Assembly (NCBI GenBank): GCA_963662545.2
Contig: CAXXLL010000003.1
Span: 2,016,001-2,080,000 of the forward strand
Origin: Gammaproteobacteria bacterium
Lineage (GTDB): Bacteria; Pseudomonadota; Gammaproteobacteria; Ga0077536
Length of the DNA: 64,000 nt
Direction: 5' to 3'
Below are positions 21,218 through 32,035 of this stretch, one piece after another. A program made the translations under genes and the position numbers. Under the pieces are notes generated by a model that saw only the letters and a list, made by a program, of their open reading frames with translations, searched no databases and was not told where the DNA came from. The first letter of the stretch is position 1, and each line of letters opens with the position of its first letter.

Positions 21218-21382
21218 AGAATTAACTTGGACCCATCGCCAACGCCGGTCAAGGCAAAGTCTCGCCGTACTCGGTTAGAACAATCTTTTCCGCCCGTTCG
21301 GCGACGCCACTCGGCCGGCACGGATGCGTATACTTTCGACACCATCACTGCCGATGGAACCCGATGAGGCGCAGGTTTTCAT

Positions 21383-22342
21383 ATGCACATCACGATTGTC
21401 GGCGCGGGTGCGCTCGGCACCATCCTTGGCGCGCATCTCGGTGCGGCCGGTCATGACGTCACGATCGTGGCGCGCGGGCAACGCGGAAAGGACGTAAGGG
21501 AAAACGGTTTACGCGTTCGCGGCCTGATGGAGCTGGATTACCGTTGCCGCGTAGCCGAGCCCAATGCCACCGCCGCGACCGATCTGCTGATCTATGCGGT
21601 CAAGACCTACCACATGGCCGAAGCAACGGCCGCGCTGTCAACCGTGTCGCCAAAGGCCGTGTTCTCCGTCGCCAACGGGGTCATGAAAAACGAACAACTA
21701 GCGGCCGTCCATGGGGGTGATGTCGTACTTGGCTGCATGGCTAACTTGAGCGGCGAGCTGCTCGAATCGGGCGTGGTCGTGTTCACGCGCAACGTGCGCC
21801 TGTCCATTGGCAGCTTGGACCGTGGGGCGGAGCCAAGCGCGAACGCCATCGCCCGCATGATCGACGACGCCGGTATCCATACCGAGGCAGCGCCGAATAT
21901 CGAAACGGTCGAGTGGTCCAAGTTCGTCGGCTGGGTGGCGCTCTTCTCACTGTCACTGATGGCGCGGACAAACACGGGTGTCACCCTCGAGAATCCGCGC
22001 TTCGCGACGCTTGGCGTCCGGCTGATCCGTGAGATGGCCCGCATTGCGGCGGCGAGGAATATCGAGCTTGTCGATCAGTCGCCGGTTCCTGTCGCCGCGA
22101 TCGCGTCCGGGCTGGAGGCCGCGGCGATCGAACGACTGCGACAGATCGGTCGGGATCTCACGTTATCCGCCCCAGGCCACCGCATGTCTTCACTGCAGGA
22201 TCTCGAAGCGGGTCGCACTCTCGAAGTCGAAGAAACCCTGGGCTACGCGGTCGCGGAAGGGCGGCGCCTCGAGATCGCCGCGCCGGTGCTCGAGCTGTGC
22301 TACGAATTCGCTGCCGGGTTGAATAGCCTGCCGCGTTATTAA
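21383..22342 (+). CDS. Ketopantoate reductase (PanE/ApbA) family
   Basis: GAGALG, AVK, WSK, SSLQDL..GR.LE. Confidence 0.85.
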   Translation: MHITIVGAGALGTILGAHLGAAGHDVTIVARGQRGKDVRENGLRVRGLMELDYRCRVAEPNATAATDLLIYAVKTYHMAEATAALSTVSPKAVFSVANGVMKNEQLAAVHGGDVVLGCMANLSGELLESGVVVFTRNVRLSIGSLDRGAEPSANAIARMIDDAGIHTEAAPNIETVEWSKFVGWVALFSLSLMARTNTGVTLENPRFATLGVRLIREMARIAAARNIELVDQSPVPVAAIASGLEAAAIERLRQIGRDLTLSAPGHRMSSLQDLEAGRTLEVEETLGYAVAEGRRLEIAAPVLELCYEFAAGLNSLPRY

Positions 22343-22443
22343 CGTGGTCGTTAAGCGTTTCTTACATGATCGCATTGACAGTGCCACAATGCGGTCAAGC
22401 GGAAGCACATTCGCCGGTTCATACGGTCGAGGAGAACTGAACC

Positions 22444-24237
22444 ATGCCCAGCTACCAGGCCCCCGTCGCCGATACCGAATTCATTTTGAACGAGGTGATC
22501 CGCCTTTCGGATTACGCTCACCTACCCGGTTTTGACGAGGCGACGCCCGACCTGGTCTCGGCGATTCTCACCGAGGGCGCGAAGTTCGTGGAAGAAGTGC
22601 TGCAACCCTTGAACCAGATTGGCGACGAAGTCGGCTGCACGCGCAACGACGATGGTAGCGTGACCACACCCGCGGGCTTCAAGCAAGCCTACGACCAATT
22701 TTGCGAGGGCGGCTGGCAGAGTTTGTCGCTCGATACTGAATTCGGCGGCCAGGGTCTGCCGCATGTGATCGGCAACGCGTTCGAGGAATACCTGATTTCG
22801 GCGAATATGGCCTTTGCCATGTATGGGGGGCTGACCTTGGGGGCGATGGGCGCGATCAAAGCCGTGGGGTCACCAGAGCAAAAGAGCACCTACCTGCCCA
22901 AGATGGCGACCGGCAAGTGGTCCGGCACCATGAACCTGACCGAGTCGCATTGCGGGACCGATCTGGGCCTGCTGCGCACACGCGCCGAACCGCAAGCGGA
23001 CGGCAGCTTTCTTATCACGGGGACCAAGATATTCATCTCTGCAGGCGAGCACGACTTGAGCGAGAACATCATCCACCTGGTGCTCGCGAAGATGTCCGAC
23101 TCGCCGGATACCATGCGGGGGATTTCGCTGTTTATCGTACCTAAGTTTCTCATCAACGAAGACGGCAGCGTCGGTGATCGCAATGCCGTTACCTGTGGTT
23201 CGATCGAAGAGAAGATGGGGATCCACGGCAATTCGACCTGCGTGCTGAATTACGACGGCGCGGTAGGCTATCTCATCGGCGAAAAAGAAAAGGGCATGCG
23301 TGCGATGTTCATCATGATGAACTCAGCGCGCCTGGGCGTTGGGCTGCAGGGTTTGTCCATCTCGGAGGTGGCGACCCAGAACGCGGCCATTTACGCGCGC
23401 GATCGCATTCAGGGTCGCGCCTTGACGGGACCCAAGAATAGCGACGACAAGGCCGATCCCATCATCGTGCATCCAGACGTGCGGCGCATGCTGATGAACG
23501 CCCGGGCGTTTAACGAAGGCGCTCGGGCGTTGGCGTTGTGGGGCGCACTGTTGGTCGATTTGGCGCATAAGGCCGAGACTGTCGAAGCGCGTCAGGAAGC
23601 CGACGACGTAGTCGGCCTCCTGACGCCCGTGATCAAGGGCTACTTCACGGACAAGGGCTACGAAAACGCGACCAACGCCCAGCAATGCTTCGGCGGCCAC
23701 GGGTATATCCGCGAGTGGGGGATGGAGCAGTTCGTGCGCGACGCGCGCATCGCGATGATCTACGAAGGCACAAACGGTATTCAGGCGCTCGACCTGGTCG
23801 GCCGCAAGCTCGCGCGCAACGGAGGCCGCGCGCTGCGTACGTACACCAAGCACCTCGGCGATTTCATCAATGAGCATCAGGACGACGAGGTACTCGGCCC
23901 GATGGTTGCCGGACTCAAGCTTGCGCTAGAAGACCTGCAGGGCGCGACGACCTGGTTCATGAAGAACGCCATGACGAAGCCCGATAACGCCGGAGCCGGC
24001 TCCGTGCCCTATTTGCATCTGATGGGCCTGGTCGCGTTCGGTCACATGTGGTGTTGGATGGCTAAGGCGGCCGTTGCGGGACTGGCCAGCGGCGAAGACG
24101 ACAGTACGTTCTACGAAAACAAACTCACGACCGCGCGCTATTTCTTTTCGCACATGCTGCCCGAGACTTCGGTGCACCGGGCGCGCGTGGAAGCGGGTGC
24201 GGACAACATCAGGTCGCTGGCCGCGGAGGCGTTTTAG
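22444..24237 (+). CDS. Acyl-CoA dehydrogenase (DmdC-like long form)
   Basis: [46 protein letters not shown]. Confidence 0.95.
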   Translation: MPSYQAPVADTEFILNEVIRLSDYAHLPGFDEATPDLVSAILTEGAKFVEEVLQPLNQIGDEVGCTRNDDGSVTTPAGFKQAYDQFCEGGWQSLSLDTEFGGQGLPHVIGNAFEEYLISANMAFAMYGGLTLGAMGAIKAVGSPEQKSTYLPKMATGKWSGTMNLTESHCGTDLGLLRTRAEPQADGSFLITGTKIFISAGEHDLSENIIHLVLAKMSDSPDTMRGISLFIVPKFLINEDGSVGDRNAVTCGSIEEKMGIHGNSTCVLNYDGAVGYLIGEKEKGMRAMFIMMNSARLGVGLQGLSISEVATQNAAIYARDRIQGRALTGPKNSDDKADPIIVHPDVRRMLMNARAFNEGARALALWGALLVDLAHKAETVEARQEADDVVGLLTPVIKGYFTDKGYENATNAQQCFGGHGYIREWGMEQFVRDARIAMIYEGTNGIQALDLVGRKLARNGGRALRTYTKHLGDFINEHQDDEVLGPMVAGLKLALEDLQGATTWFMKNAMTKPDNAGAGSVPYLHLMGLVAFGHMWCWMAKAAVAGLASGEDDSTFYENKLTTARYFFSHMLPETSVHRARVEAGADNIRSLAAEAF

Positions 24238-24272
24238 ACCTCGAATATGGGATGATGCAGGAGCTAAATCCT

Positions 24273-24310
24273 ATTTCAAAATTATTCGCGTACGTGAATA
24301 ATTTTGAGAT
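24273..24310. promoter_or_regulatory. AT-rich palindrome with 18-bp arms (operator or hairpin)
   Basis: ATTTCAAAATTATTCGCG-ta-CGTGAATAATTTTGAGAT, two mismatches. Confidence 0.5.
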
Positions 24311-24343
24311 GGGTTCTAACTAAATCATAAGGAGAGCGGGAAC

Positions 24344-26032
24344 ATGGCAACCGTCGATGGCGGCGTTTTGATAGGCCGGATTCTAAAAGAGCAAAACATC
24401 AAGTACCTGTTTTCCGTGAATGGAGGACACATCTTTCCGATCCTCGCGAATATCCGCGAGAACGACGTGAAGCTCATCCACATGCGCCACGAGCAGTCGA
24501 CGGCCTATGCCGCGGATGCGTATGCGCGCGTAACGGGAACGCCCGGCGTGTGTGCGGTCACCGCGGGCTGCGGACTCACCAATGCCGTCACGGGCCTGTG
24601 TTGTGCGGGCTTGACGAACAGCTCGGTGGTCTGTCTTTCCGGCCAGCATCCAACCACCGAGGACTTAATCGGTTCATTTCAGGAGGCCTATGGATCCGAG
24701 GTCTTGGGATCGTTCGCGAAATTCACGAAGCGGGTGCTCGACTGGTCGACCATCGAGGTCGATCTACGCCAGGCTTTCCGTGAAGCGAAAAATCCTCCGC
24801 AGGGGGTCTCGCTGCTCGAGATCCCGACCAACATTCTTTATCAGTCCGGGGAAGAGGAAAAACAGCGGCCGGGGGCGAAGATTTACGAGCCGGACGCACT
24901 GCGTTCACAGGGTGATCCGCGCAGCATCGAGCGGGCTGTCGAGCTCTTGTTCAAGGCAGAGCGTCCGCTGATCGCGGGCGGCGACGGCATCTTCTGGTCT
25001 GACGCGGCGGCCGAACTCAAGGAACTCGCGGAACTCACCCACACCCCGGTCTATTGCCGGCGCGCAGGGCAGGGCGCCTTGGATGAAGCGCATGCGCTCG
25101 CCGTCCGAGGTGCTTGGAAGAAGCCCTTTACGGGACAGGCCGACCTCGTGCTCGCCATTGGTTTCCGCTTCTGGAGCGGCGAGAAATTCGGGCAGCCGCC
25201 CACCTGGACAGACAAGGCGACTTACATCCAGGTTGACACCGATCCGCATCGGGTCGGCTGGCATGTTCCGGCTGAGATCGGCATCGTCGGCGATCCCAAA
25301 CTCGTGCTGCGCCAGTTCATCGACAAGATCAAGGAGATGAAGCTCGACTTTGATTCGAAGGGCGAGAGCCCGTGGATGAAGCAGATGGCGGAAGTGCGCC
25401 AGAATTACGAAAAGATGATCGCCGAGCGAGCACAGAAAACCCACGACGAAGTTCCCATCCATCCGGATCGGCTGACCAAGGATCTCATTTCGGTGATCGA
25501 CGACGACGCCACCCTGGTCGTCGACAGCTTTACCTTGAGCGGTTACACCAGCCAGTGGTTCACCGCCCACCGCATGGGTCAGATCGTCGACGCCGGGCCG
25601 CTCGCACCCGTCGGGCATGGTGTCGGCATGGGCATCGGCGTGCAGTTGGCGCGCCCGGGCAAGCAGGTCGTGGTGGTTTCGGGTGACGGCGGCCTCGGCA
25701 TCGGGGGCATGGATCTCGAGACCGCGGCCAAGTATGAGCTGCCGATGGTGACGCTGTTGTGGAACAACAGCTCCTGGGGCCCGGGTTTCGAAGCCATGCC
25801 GCTCTTAAAAGGGCGCACGGATCCTTTCGATATGATTTCCGACATTCGCTACGACAAGGTGTTCGAGCCCATGGGTCTATATACGGAACACGTGGAGACG
25901 CCGGATCAGATCATACCCGCGCTGGAGCGGGCGTTTGCGTCAGGCAAAACCTCACTGATCAACGTCGTCGGCGACAAGCGCTACGGTCATCCGTCGCTCG
26001 GCGGCAACCTGCTGGGCTCGACGCAGTTGTAA
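24344..26032 (+). CDS. Thiamine-diphosphate-dependent enzyme (ALS/2-hydroxyacyl-CoA lyase-like)
   Basis: RHEQ..AYAADAYAR, GDG(x24)NN motif. Confidence 0.92.
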   Translation: MATVDGGVLIGRILKEQNIKYLFSVNGGHIFPILANIRENDVKLIHMRHEQSTAYAADAYARVTGTPGVCAVTAGCGLTNAVTGLCCAGLTNSSVVCLSGQHPTTEDLIGSFQEAYGSEVLGSFAKFTKRVLDWSTIEVDLRQAFREAKNPPQGVSLLEIPTNILYQSGEEEKQRPGAKIYEPDALRSQGDPRSIERAVELLFKAERPLIAGGDGIFWSDAAAELKELAELTHTPVYCRRAGQGALDEAHALAVRGAWKKPFTGQADLVLAIGFRFWSGEKFGQPPTWTDKATYIQVDTDPHRVGWHVPAEIGIVGDPKLVLRQFIDKIKEMKLDFDSKGESPWMKQMAEVRQNYEKMIAERAQKTHDEVPIHPDRLTKDLISVIDDDATLVVDSFTLSGYTSQWFTAHRMGQIVDAGPLAPVGHGVGMGIGVQLARPGKQVVVVSGDGGLGIGGMDLETAAKYELPMVTLLWNNSSWGPGFEAMPLLKGRTDPFDMISDIRYDKVFEPMGLYTEHVETPDQIIPALERAFASGKTSLINVVGDKRYGHPSLGGNLLGSTQL

Positions 26033-26437
26033 GCGTCAGCGGCGCAGAAGGAACGCGATAATCAGAAAGTGATCTGAATCTCGCCGCGCACGGCGAAAGG
26101 CGCCCCCGGTGTCAAGCGCAGCGCGTCCGATTGGCTGCCCTGGATGAAGGATTCGTCGGTGAGATTCTCGAACCGCATCTGAAATTCGAGATGCCGAGAG
26201 TACTCCCATTGGACGAAGGCATCGGCGCGCACGTAGTCGTCGAGGCGGAGGGCGAGTTCGTCGGGGTTGAGACTCGCCTGCCGTCCGCCAACATAGTTGA
26301 CCGCCAGGCCAAGCTTGAGGTCTTGTGGACGCCGCAACGATGCAGTGTACGTCGTCAGCAGGCCGCCTTGATGACGCGGGGCATTCAGCGCGCGCGTGCC
26401 ATCCGGGATGAAGGGGTCGTTAGTGATCTCGGTGTCG
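26011..26437. repeat. 427-bp direct repeat, copy 1 (copy 2 at 32553-32979)
   Basis: Last codons of the ThDP gene, the intergenic spacer and the 3' end of the TonB receptor are duplicated. Confidence 0.92.
26062..26437 (-). pseudogene. 3' fragment of the TonB-dependent receptor
   Basis: Near-identical to the C-terminus of 32604-34766. Confidence 0.9.
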
Positions 26438-26474
26438 TTTAGAATTCAATCGTTATGGTCATAGTTTTACACCG

Positions 26475-28070
26475 ATGAAAGATCTCGACACCATTGTCGT
26501 TGGCGCCGGCTTTACCGGCCTTTATGCACTCTACCGACTGCGCGAAAACGGTCTCGAGGTTCGCGCGTTCGAAGCGGGAGAGGGCGTTGGTGGCACCTGG
26601 TACTGGAACCGCTATCCCGGCGCGCGTACCGACTCGCCCAGCTACATGTACCAGTTCTGGTTTTCTGACGACCTGTTACGGGAGTGGGACTGGAGCGAAC
26701 GGTTCCCGGCACAAGAAGAAACCGAACGGTATCTCAACTTCGTCGCCGACAAGTTCGATCTGCGAAAAGACATTCAGTTTAATACGCGAGTCGTTGCGGC
26801 GGCCTTCGATGAGACGGCCGGCCGCTGGACTATCACCACCGCAGACGGTGAGCAGTGCTCGGCGAAATTTTTGGTGATGGGTACCGGGGTGTTGACCAAG
26901 ATTGCCTTGCCGGAGATACCCGGGCGCGATGATTTCGGAGGCGTTTCGTACCACACGGCAGCCTGGCCGAAAGCGCCGGTCGACTTCAGCGGCAAACGCG
27001 TAGGTGTATTCGGCACGGGTGCAACGGGGATTCAGGTGATCCAGACGATCGCAAGTGAGGTTGGTCACCTCACCGTATTTCAGCGAACGCCGACCTACAC
27101 CATACCGATTCGCAACCCAAAATATGATGACGCCGAGCGCGAAAAGCTGCGCGCCCGCTACCCTGAACTCAAACAGCGCGTGCACGAGACGTTTGCGGGC
27201 TTCGATTTCACGTTTGATCCGCGGAGTATTTTCGAGGTCTCAGAGAAAGAACGGCGGAAGGTGATGGAGGCGTTGTGGGAGGACGGTTCCTTGAGCTTTT
27301 GGGTCGGGTCTTTCGCCGATGTTCTGACGGATCAGGCCGCCAATGACATCTTCTCCGAATTCGTGCGGGAAAAGATCCGCGCCCGCATTAACGATCCGGA
27401 AGTGGCTCGTAGGCTGCTCCCGACGGGATACAGCTTTGGTACCCGCCGCGTGCCCCTGGAGAATCATTACTACGAAGCCTTCAATCGTGCCAATGTGACA
27501 TTGGTGGACTTGCGTGAGACAGCCATCGAAAAAATCACTCCGCATGGCGTAACAACGACCGCCGGCGAACATGAGCTCGACATCCTGGTCTACGCGACCG
27601 GCTTCGACGCCGCCACCGGTGCGCTGACGCAAATAGACATCTTTGGGCGCGACGGCAAGATCCTTCGGGACGTGTGGGCCGAAGACATCCGCAGTTTCAT
27701 GGGCCTGCAGGTTCATGGTTACCCGAATATGTTCATGGTCAATGGACCTTTGTCACCGGCCGCGGCTTTCTGCAACGTTCCGACCTGCATTCAGCAACAA
27801 GTCGACTGGATTTCGGACTGCATTGCGTACGTCCGGCAGCAAAAGCATCAATCGATCGAGCCCAGCGCCGAGGCGGAAGCACAATGGGTCGAACACAGCG
27901 ATGAACTGGCCAATCAAACGCTCTTTCCCACGACCAATTCGTGGTACATGGGCGCCAATATCGAGGGTAAAAACCGCCGGCTGCTGGCGTACGTCGGCGG
28001 CGTTAATGTGTACCGCGGGCTTTGCGACGAAGTCAAAGCCAATAAATACGAGGCGTTCGAACTCGTTTAA
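26475..28070 (+). CDS. Type I Baeyer-Villiger monooxygenase
   Basis: GAGFTG, GGTWYWNRYPG, FGGVSYHTAAWP fingerprint, GTGATG, ATG. Confidence 0.96.
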   Translation: MKDLDTIVVGAGFTGLYALYRLRENGLEVRAFEAGEGVGGTWYWNRYPGARTDSPSYMYQFWFSDDLLREWDWSERFPAQEETERYLNFVADKFDLRKDIQFNTRVVAAAFDETAGRWTITTADGEQCSAKFLVMGTGVLTKIALPEIPGRDDFGGVSYHTAAWPKAPVDFSGKRVGVFGTGATGIQVIQTIASEVGHLTVFQRTPTYTIPIRNPKYDDAEREKLRARYPELKQRVHETFAGFDFTFDPRSIFEVSEKERRKVMEALWEDGSLSFWVGSFADVLTDQAANDIFSEFVREKIRARINDPEVARRLLPTGYSFGTRRVPLENHYYEAFNRANVTLVDLRETAIEKITPHGVTTTAGEHELDILVYATGFDAATGALTQIDIFGRDGKILRDVWAEDIRSFMGLQVHGYPNMFMVNGPLSPAAAFCNVPTCIQQQVDWISDCIAYVRQQKHQSIEPSAEAEAQWVEHSDELANQTLFPTTNSWYMGANIEGKNRRLLAYVGGVNVYRGLCDEVKANKYEAFELV

Positions 28071-28159
28071 TTGAAAAACTAGAAGGTTTGCCTGCCAGGG
28101 TGCGTGGGCCCCAGGCAACCATCCCTTTTGAACGTCTTCGGCTCGCAGCGCGCCCGAGA

Positions 28160-28344
28160 CTAGCGCGCCCGCCGACGCTCGTGTGTGGGTACGAGCCGAT
28201 CAACGATCCCAACGGCCGCATCGGCCTTGGCTGCGAAAGAATCGTCGACCAATCGCCCGCCGCGTTTTTGGATCTCGCCGTCGATGATCACGGTGTCGAC
28301 ATCCTCGGCAGTTGCGGGCAGCACGATCGACGTCACCGGATCGA
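28160..28344 (-). pseudogene. C-terminal fragment of a metal-dependent amidohydrolase, cut at an oriIS-like end
   Basis: DPVTSIV......DVDTVIIDG...KRGGRL typical amidohydrolase C-terminus. Confidence 0.65.
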
Positions 28345-28501
28345 AGGTATAAGCCGAATAAACGCCCTTTTCCGCAAATCCGTCGAGTACCGCCAGGTCA
28401 TCCAACAGTCGTCAACCTGCGCTTCGAGGCGGTGTTGGCCGGAATTGCGCCTCGGAGTCAGCAGGAATCCCGCATTTCAGGGCGATTTTCGAGGTGTTCC
28501 G
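28345..28501 (-). repeat. IS91/ISCR oriIS-like end, copy 1 (157 bp)
   Basis: Near-identical to 30274-30430; minus strand ends GGCGTTTATTCGGCTTATACC, resembling ISCR oriIS termini. Confidence 0.75.
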
Positions 28502-28616
28502 GCGTCGATATAGCCCATGTCCCCTTTATCGAAACCTGCCTCCGTCCGGCTCTTGATCTAGACCGCTTGTACATTGATTTTAATCCGCTCACGCAGCGAT
28601 TATTCTTTAACTCAAC

Positions 28617-29681
28617 TTAATTGGTTAATGGTTGAGAATTGTCTTTCTGAACAACTCCCACCTCTCCTCTCCAGCCACTTGTTCTTAGCCATGTTTCAAA
28701 CGTGCTGAGATCTGGATGGAGGTCGCGCAGCATGTTTATATCGCGAGAAAGACCAAAACGTTCAATGAAACTGAACATATTCGATAGCGCCGGGGTCTCA
28801 GGTTGATTTATCGCTTTGTATTCTGACAGTGTGTAGGGCTCAAATACCGCGTCTATGCCGGTTACACTTTGGAAGATCTTGCCAATCTCTTGAATGGGTA
28901 GAGAATCTGAAATAATCCGCAATGTCCGCCCTCTCCACTGCTGTTCGTGGTTGAGAATTTGTGCTGCAAACCACCCAATATCGTTGAGGGTCACCATCGG
29001 CCATAGAGCCGAGCCGATAGGTACCCTAAGTAATAGGCGTGGCTTATCTCGTACGACTTCAAGGCGAACCGCTGCTCTATCCCCGCCACCTCGAAACATT
29101 CGGCCAGCTTTAAAATTTTCCATATAAGGCGCCGTCACAAATATCGTTACATGCTCGGCATACCATCTAACCGACTGCCTCTGCTCATTTATAAATTGCT
29201 CTACGCGCGCTTTAGCGTCGAAGTGAGGAGCCGGGAATAATCCACCGGAAGGGCTATCCGTAGCATCCAGTGAGCTGAAGACGAAATGTTCAACACCTTC
29301 TTGACGCGCGAGTTCCAATATCAGCTTTCCCTGTTGTACGTCGGTGTCCTCAGCCATTCGATAAAGCGGCCAAGGATCCGTGCCCAGCTTGCCGTGATGT
29401 GCCCAAACATCTTGAAGGCATGACCAAAAGTTTGTATTGCAAAAGATCGAATGCGCACCACCAATAGCAGCTCTGAGGCTTGCTTCGTTGTCAACATTGC
29501 CCTTTTCGAGCTTCACCTTGCCGCGCCCCAACTTTTGCAATTTGCGACACTCGCTACCTGATGGGTTGCGCGTAAAAATACGTATTTGCTTAAACGTATT
29601 TTTTGATTTCAGCAGGTTCTTGATTACGTGCTGGCCCATTGCTCCCGAGCCGCCGATAACAAGCAGTGTTCGCTCAATCAA
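28617..29681 (-). CDS. NmrA-family NAD(P)-binding protein
   Basis: IGGSGAMG, HFVFSSL, PHFDAKARVE, YMENF; more AT-rich than flanks. Confidence 0.88.
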   Translation of the reverse strand: MIERTLLVIGGSGAMGQHVIKNLLKSKNTFKQIRIFTRNPSGSECRKLQKLGRGKVKLEKGNVDNEASLRAAIGGAHSIFCNTNFWSCLQDVWAHHGKLGTDPWPLYRMAEDTDVQQGKLILELARQEGVEHFVFSSLDATDSPSGGLFPAPHFDAKARVEQFINEQRQSVRWYAEHVTIFVTAPYMENFKAGRMFRGGGDRAAVRLEVVRDKPRLLLRVPIGSALWPMVTLNDIGWFAAQILNHEQQWRGRTLRIISDSLPIQEIGKIFQSVTGIDAVFEPYTLSEYKAINQPETPALSNMFSFIERFGLSRDINMLRDLHPDLSTFETWLRTSGWRGEVGVVQKDNSQPLTN

Positions 29682-29759
29682 GAATTGCTTCCTTTGTGAA
29701 TTCCAACAGTTGCGATTGGGTTTATTGCCAAGATAGCGGTGAACGATCGCTATCTCTCA

Positions 29760-30140
29760 CTACCTATCCGTCACAATCTTACGATATGTGCGTTTCGACA
29801 CAATTTCATTCGTGTCATTGAACGTAAAAATGTCGATTGCATGCACATCGAGTTTCTTGGCGGCGCATTGAACGTGAATTTCGTGGATGATGCTGTCATC
29901 GCACGAATACGCTCGGATCGTTTTGTATGAAATGCCTGGATTGGATCGGAAGGTATCGTTTATCGCATTGCGTACTGCGACAATACCTTCATATTTAGCT
30001 CCGGCCGGAGCGGGACCAACGGCGAATTCCCATATTGGGTGTTTCGCCATCAGAGCAAGCGCAGCCTCTGTGTCGTTATCGTCGAATGCCTGCACGAATT
30101 TCGAAGCCAGCATTTCCCTTCTAGCTTTTTTGGATTTCAT
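29760..30140 (-). CDS. SnoaL/NTF2-like protein
   Basis: FVQAF...D....LALM, G..AVR, DIFTF...I..K.TYRK. Confidence 0.75.
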   Translation of the reverse strand: MKSKKARREMLASKFVQAFDDNDTEAALALMAKHPIWEFAVGPAPAGAKYEGIVAVRNAINDTFRSNPGISYKTIRAYSCDDSIIHEIHVQCAAKKLDVHAIDIFTFNDTNEIVSKRTYRKIVTDR

Positions 30141-30682
30141 ATATCTCGCTCTCCACCCTCGCTCTCCACTCGAAACCGAAACTAATTCTCAGACTTGCAC
30201 GCTCCGGATTTAATTTTCAAGCTCGGACAATAATCCCAGTTGCCGGAGTTGACTGGCTGAAATGAACCTCGCTAGGTATAAGCCGAATAAACGCCCTTTT
30301 CTGCAAATCCGTCGAGTATCGCCAGGTCATCCAACAATCGTCAACCTGCGCTGCGAGGCGGTGTTGGCCGGAATTGCGCCTCGGAGTCAGCAGGAATCCC
30401 GCATTTCAGGGCGATTTTCGAGATGTTCCGACCGTTGGCACGATAGCGACCGTGCCGCGTCGCTGGGTATCGCAGCCTCGGAGTAGCATGTGGGGATGCC
30501 CGTGTATCAGGCGAACAAGCTGGCCTGGGGCGGCGCCCGACACGGGGGAAAATGCCGGGCGGCGCCGGCAGCGTCTTTACGGTCGAGGTGGGTGAGGATC
30601 TTCTCGATGACCACCGGATCCTCGATGCAGGCGATGATCTTGACGCGGCCGCCGCAAGTCCTACAGGTCTCGATGTCGATGT

Positions 30683-30729
30683 GGCCTACAGGGATGTAGG
30701 TCAGGGGCGTGAGCAGGACGCGGAAGCTT
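30683..30729. repeat. 47-bp mini-insertion (family C) in transposase codon FN|ID
   Basis: GGCCTACA-GGGA-TGTAGGTC hairpin; removal restores RVFNIDIETC. Confidence 0.8.
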
Positions 30730-30761
30730 TGAATACCCGCTTCAAGCGCTGCGCCCAGGTC

Positions 30762-30812
30762 GCCGCTCTTGCGCATCCCTGCGCCCGCGGCATTAGTGCA
30801 TCCCTGCACGTC
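30762..30812. repeat. 51-bp mini-insertion (family A) in AM|TW
   Basis: GCGCA-TCCC-TGCGC and GTGCA-TCCC-TGCAC hairpins; removal restores AAMTWAQR. Confidence 0.88.
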
Positions 30813-30941
30813 ATGGCTGCCCGGCGTTCGGCGGGCGTTGTGTCTTCAGGCACATCCGACGCGCCGGCCTTGCTGCCCTTGCCGCGCTTGGCCGGCGTCA
30901 CCTGCGCACGATGCGCGCTGTTGGGGGCGAACACGCCGTGA

Positions 30942-31013
30942 CAAATTTATCTGGAATAAATTTGGACAACCGAAGGTTGCCCGAAGGGTGAGGAACAGGG
31001 ATGTTCCTCATCC
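30942..31013. repeat. 72-bp mini-insertion (family B) in RF|HG
   Basis: Four hairpins; removal restores NLTRFHGVF. Confidence 0.88.
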
Positions 31014-31369
31014 AATCGCGTCAGGTTGACCCTGGGCTTGGGCACCAGGGCGACCAGGCGGGCGATAAAATCCAACGGCTCGAAGATGACGTGCGTGGTG
31101 CCATCTCGGTACGGCGTCTTGAGTTGGTAACGCACGTTGCCGTTGGTCGTGAGCGACAGCCGCTTTTCCGACACCGCCGGCCTTGCAATATAGCGGCACA
31201 AACGTTCCAGCTTCTTGCGTTCATCGGCCCTGGCCGCGACCCCCGCATGCAGCGAGAAGCCAGCCACCGTGCCCACCGAGTTAGCGAACGGCTCATTGCA
31301 ACTCGGCAGGGTCTGCAGCGTGAACACCTTGCGCCCTTGGCTAGCGGCCCCACCGCGATGCGGTACGTG

Positions 31370-31421
31370 GCCGCTCCAGCGCATCCCTGCGCTCCGCGGC
31401 ATTCGTGCTTCCCTGCACATC
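31370..31421. repeat. 52-bp mini-insertion (family A) in SI|TYR
   Basis: Removal restores GHSITYRIAVGP. Confidence 0.85.
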
Positions 31422-31523
31422 ATCGAGTGGCCAAAGAGCTCATCCAGCGGCCCCGCTTCCCTGGCCTCCCCGGACAGATAGCGGTTCTCGGTATCACGTT
31501 CCAGCAGCCCTTGACGCTCCAGA

Positions 31524-31595
31524 CAAATTCGCCAGGAGCGAATTTGGACGCACGCCGTGCGCCCGCAGGGGGCGCGCCAAGGATGGCGCGCATCC
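31524..31595. repeat. 72-bp mini-insertion (family B) in RF|LE
   Basis: Four hairpins covarying with 30942-31013; removal restores RVGRFLERQG. Confidence 0.88.
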
Positions 31596-31730
31596 AAACG
31601 CCCGACGCGGTGCGCGATGGTGTGCGTCAATTGGGTGAGTTCGGTACTCGTCGGCGCCTTCAACCAGCGAAACCGCGTGCTCGATCCATTGGCGGCATCG
31701 ACATAGACACCATCCAAAAAAATCATGTGG

Positions 31731-31781
31731 GCCGCTGCTGCGCATCCCTGCGCCCGCGGCATTAGTGCATCCATGCACGTC
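31731..31781. repeat. 51-bp mini-insertion (family A) inside the HUH motif
   Basis: Removal restores LNLHFHMIFLDG. Confidence 0.88.
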
Positions 31782-32035
31782 AAGTGAAGATTTAGATTGA
31801 GCGCACTCCCAAATCGTTGGATCAGCGTGACCGCGCCAGTGCGAGCCGCGGTGCAGGAAAAGCCCGCCTTTTTGATCAAGTGCGTGGCAATGCAGCGGTA
31901 AACGATGCCGAGCACCTGGCCCATGATCGCCGGACGGCTGGCAAACAAAAAACGTAATGGATACGGAAAACTCAATACCCATTGGCGCACCGGCTGCGCG
32001 GGAAAGACCTCGTCCACCAGCAGCGCCGCACTCTC

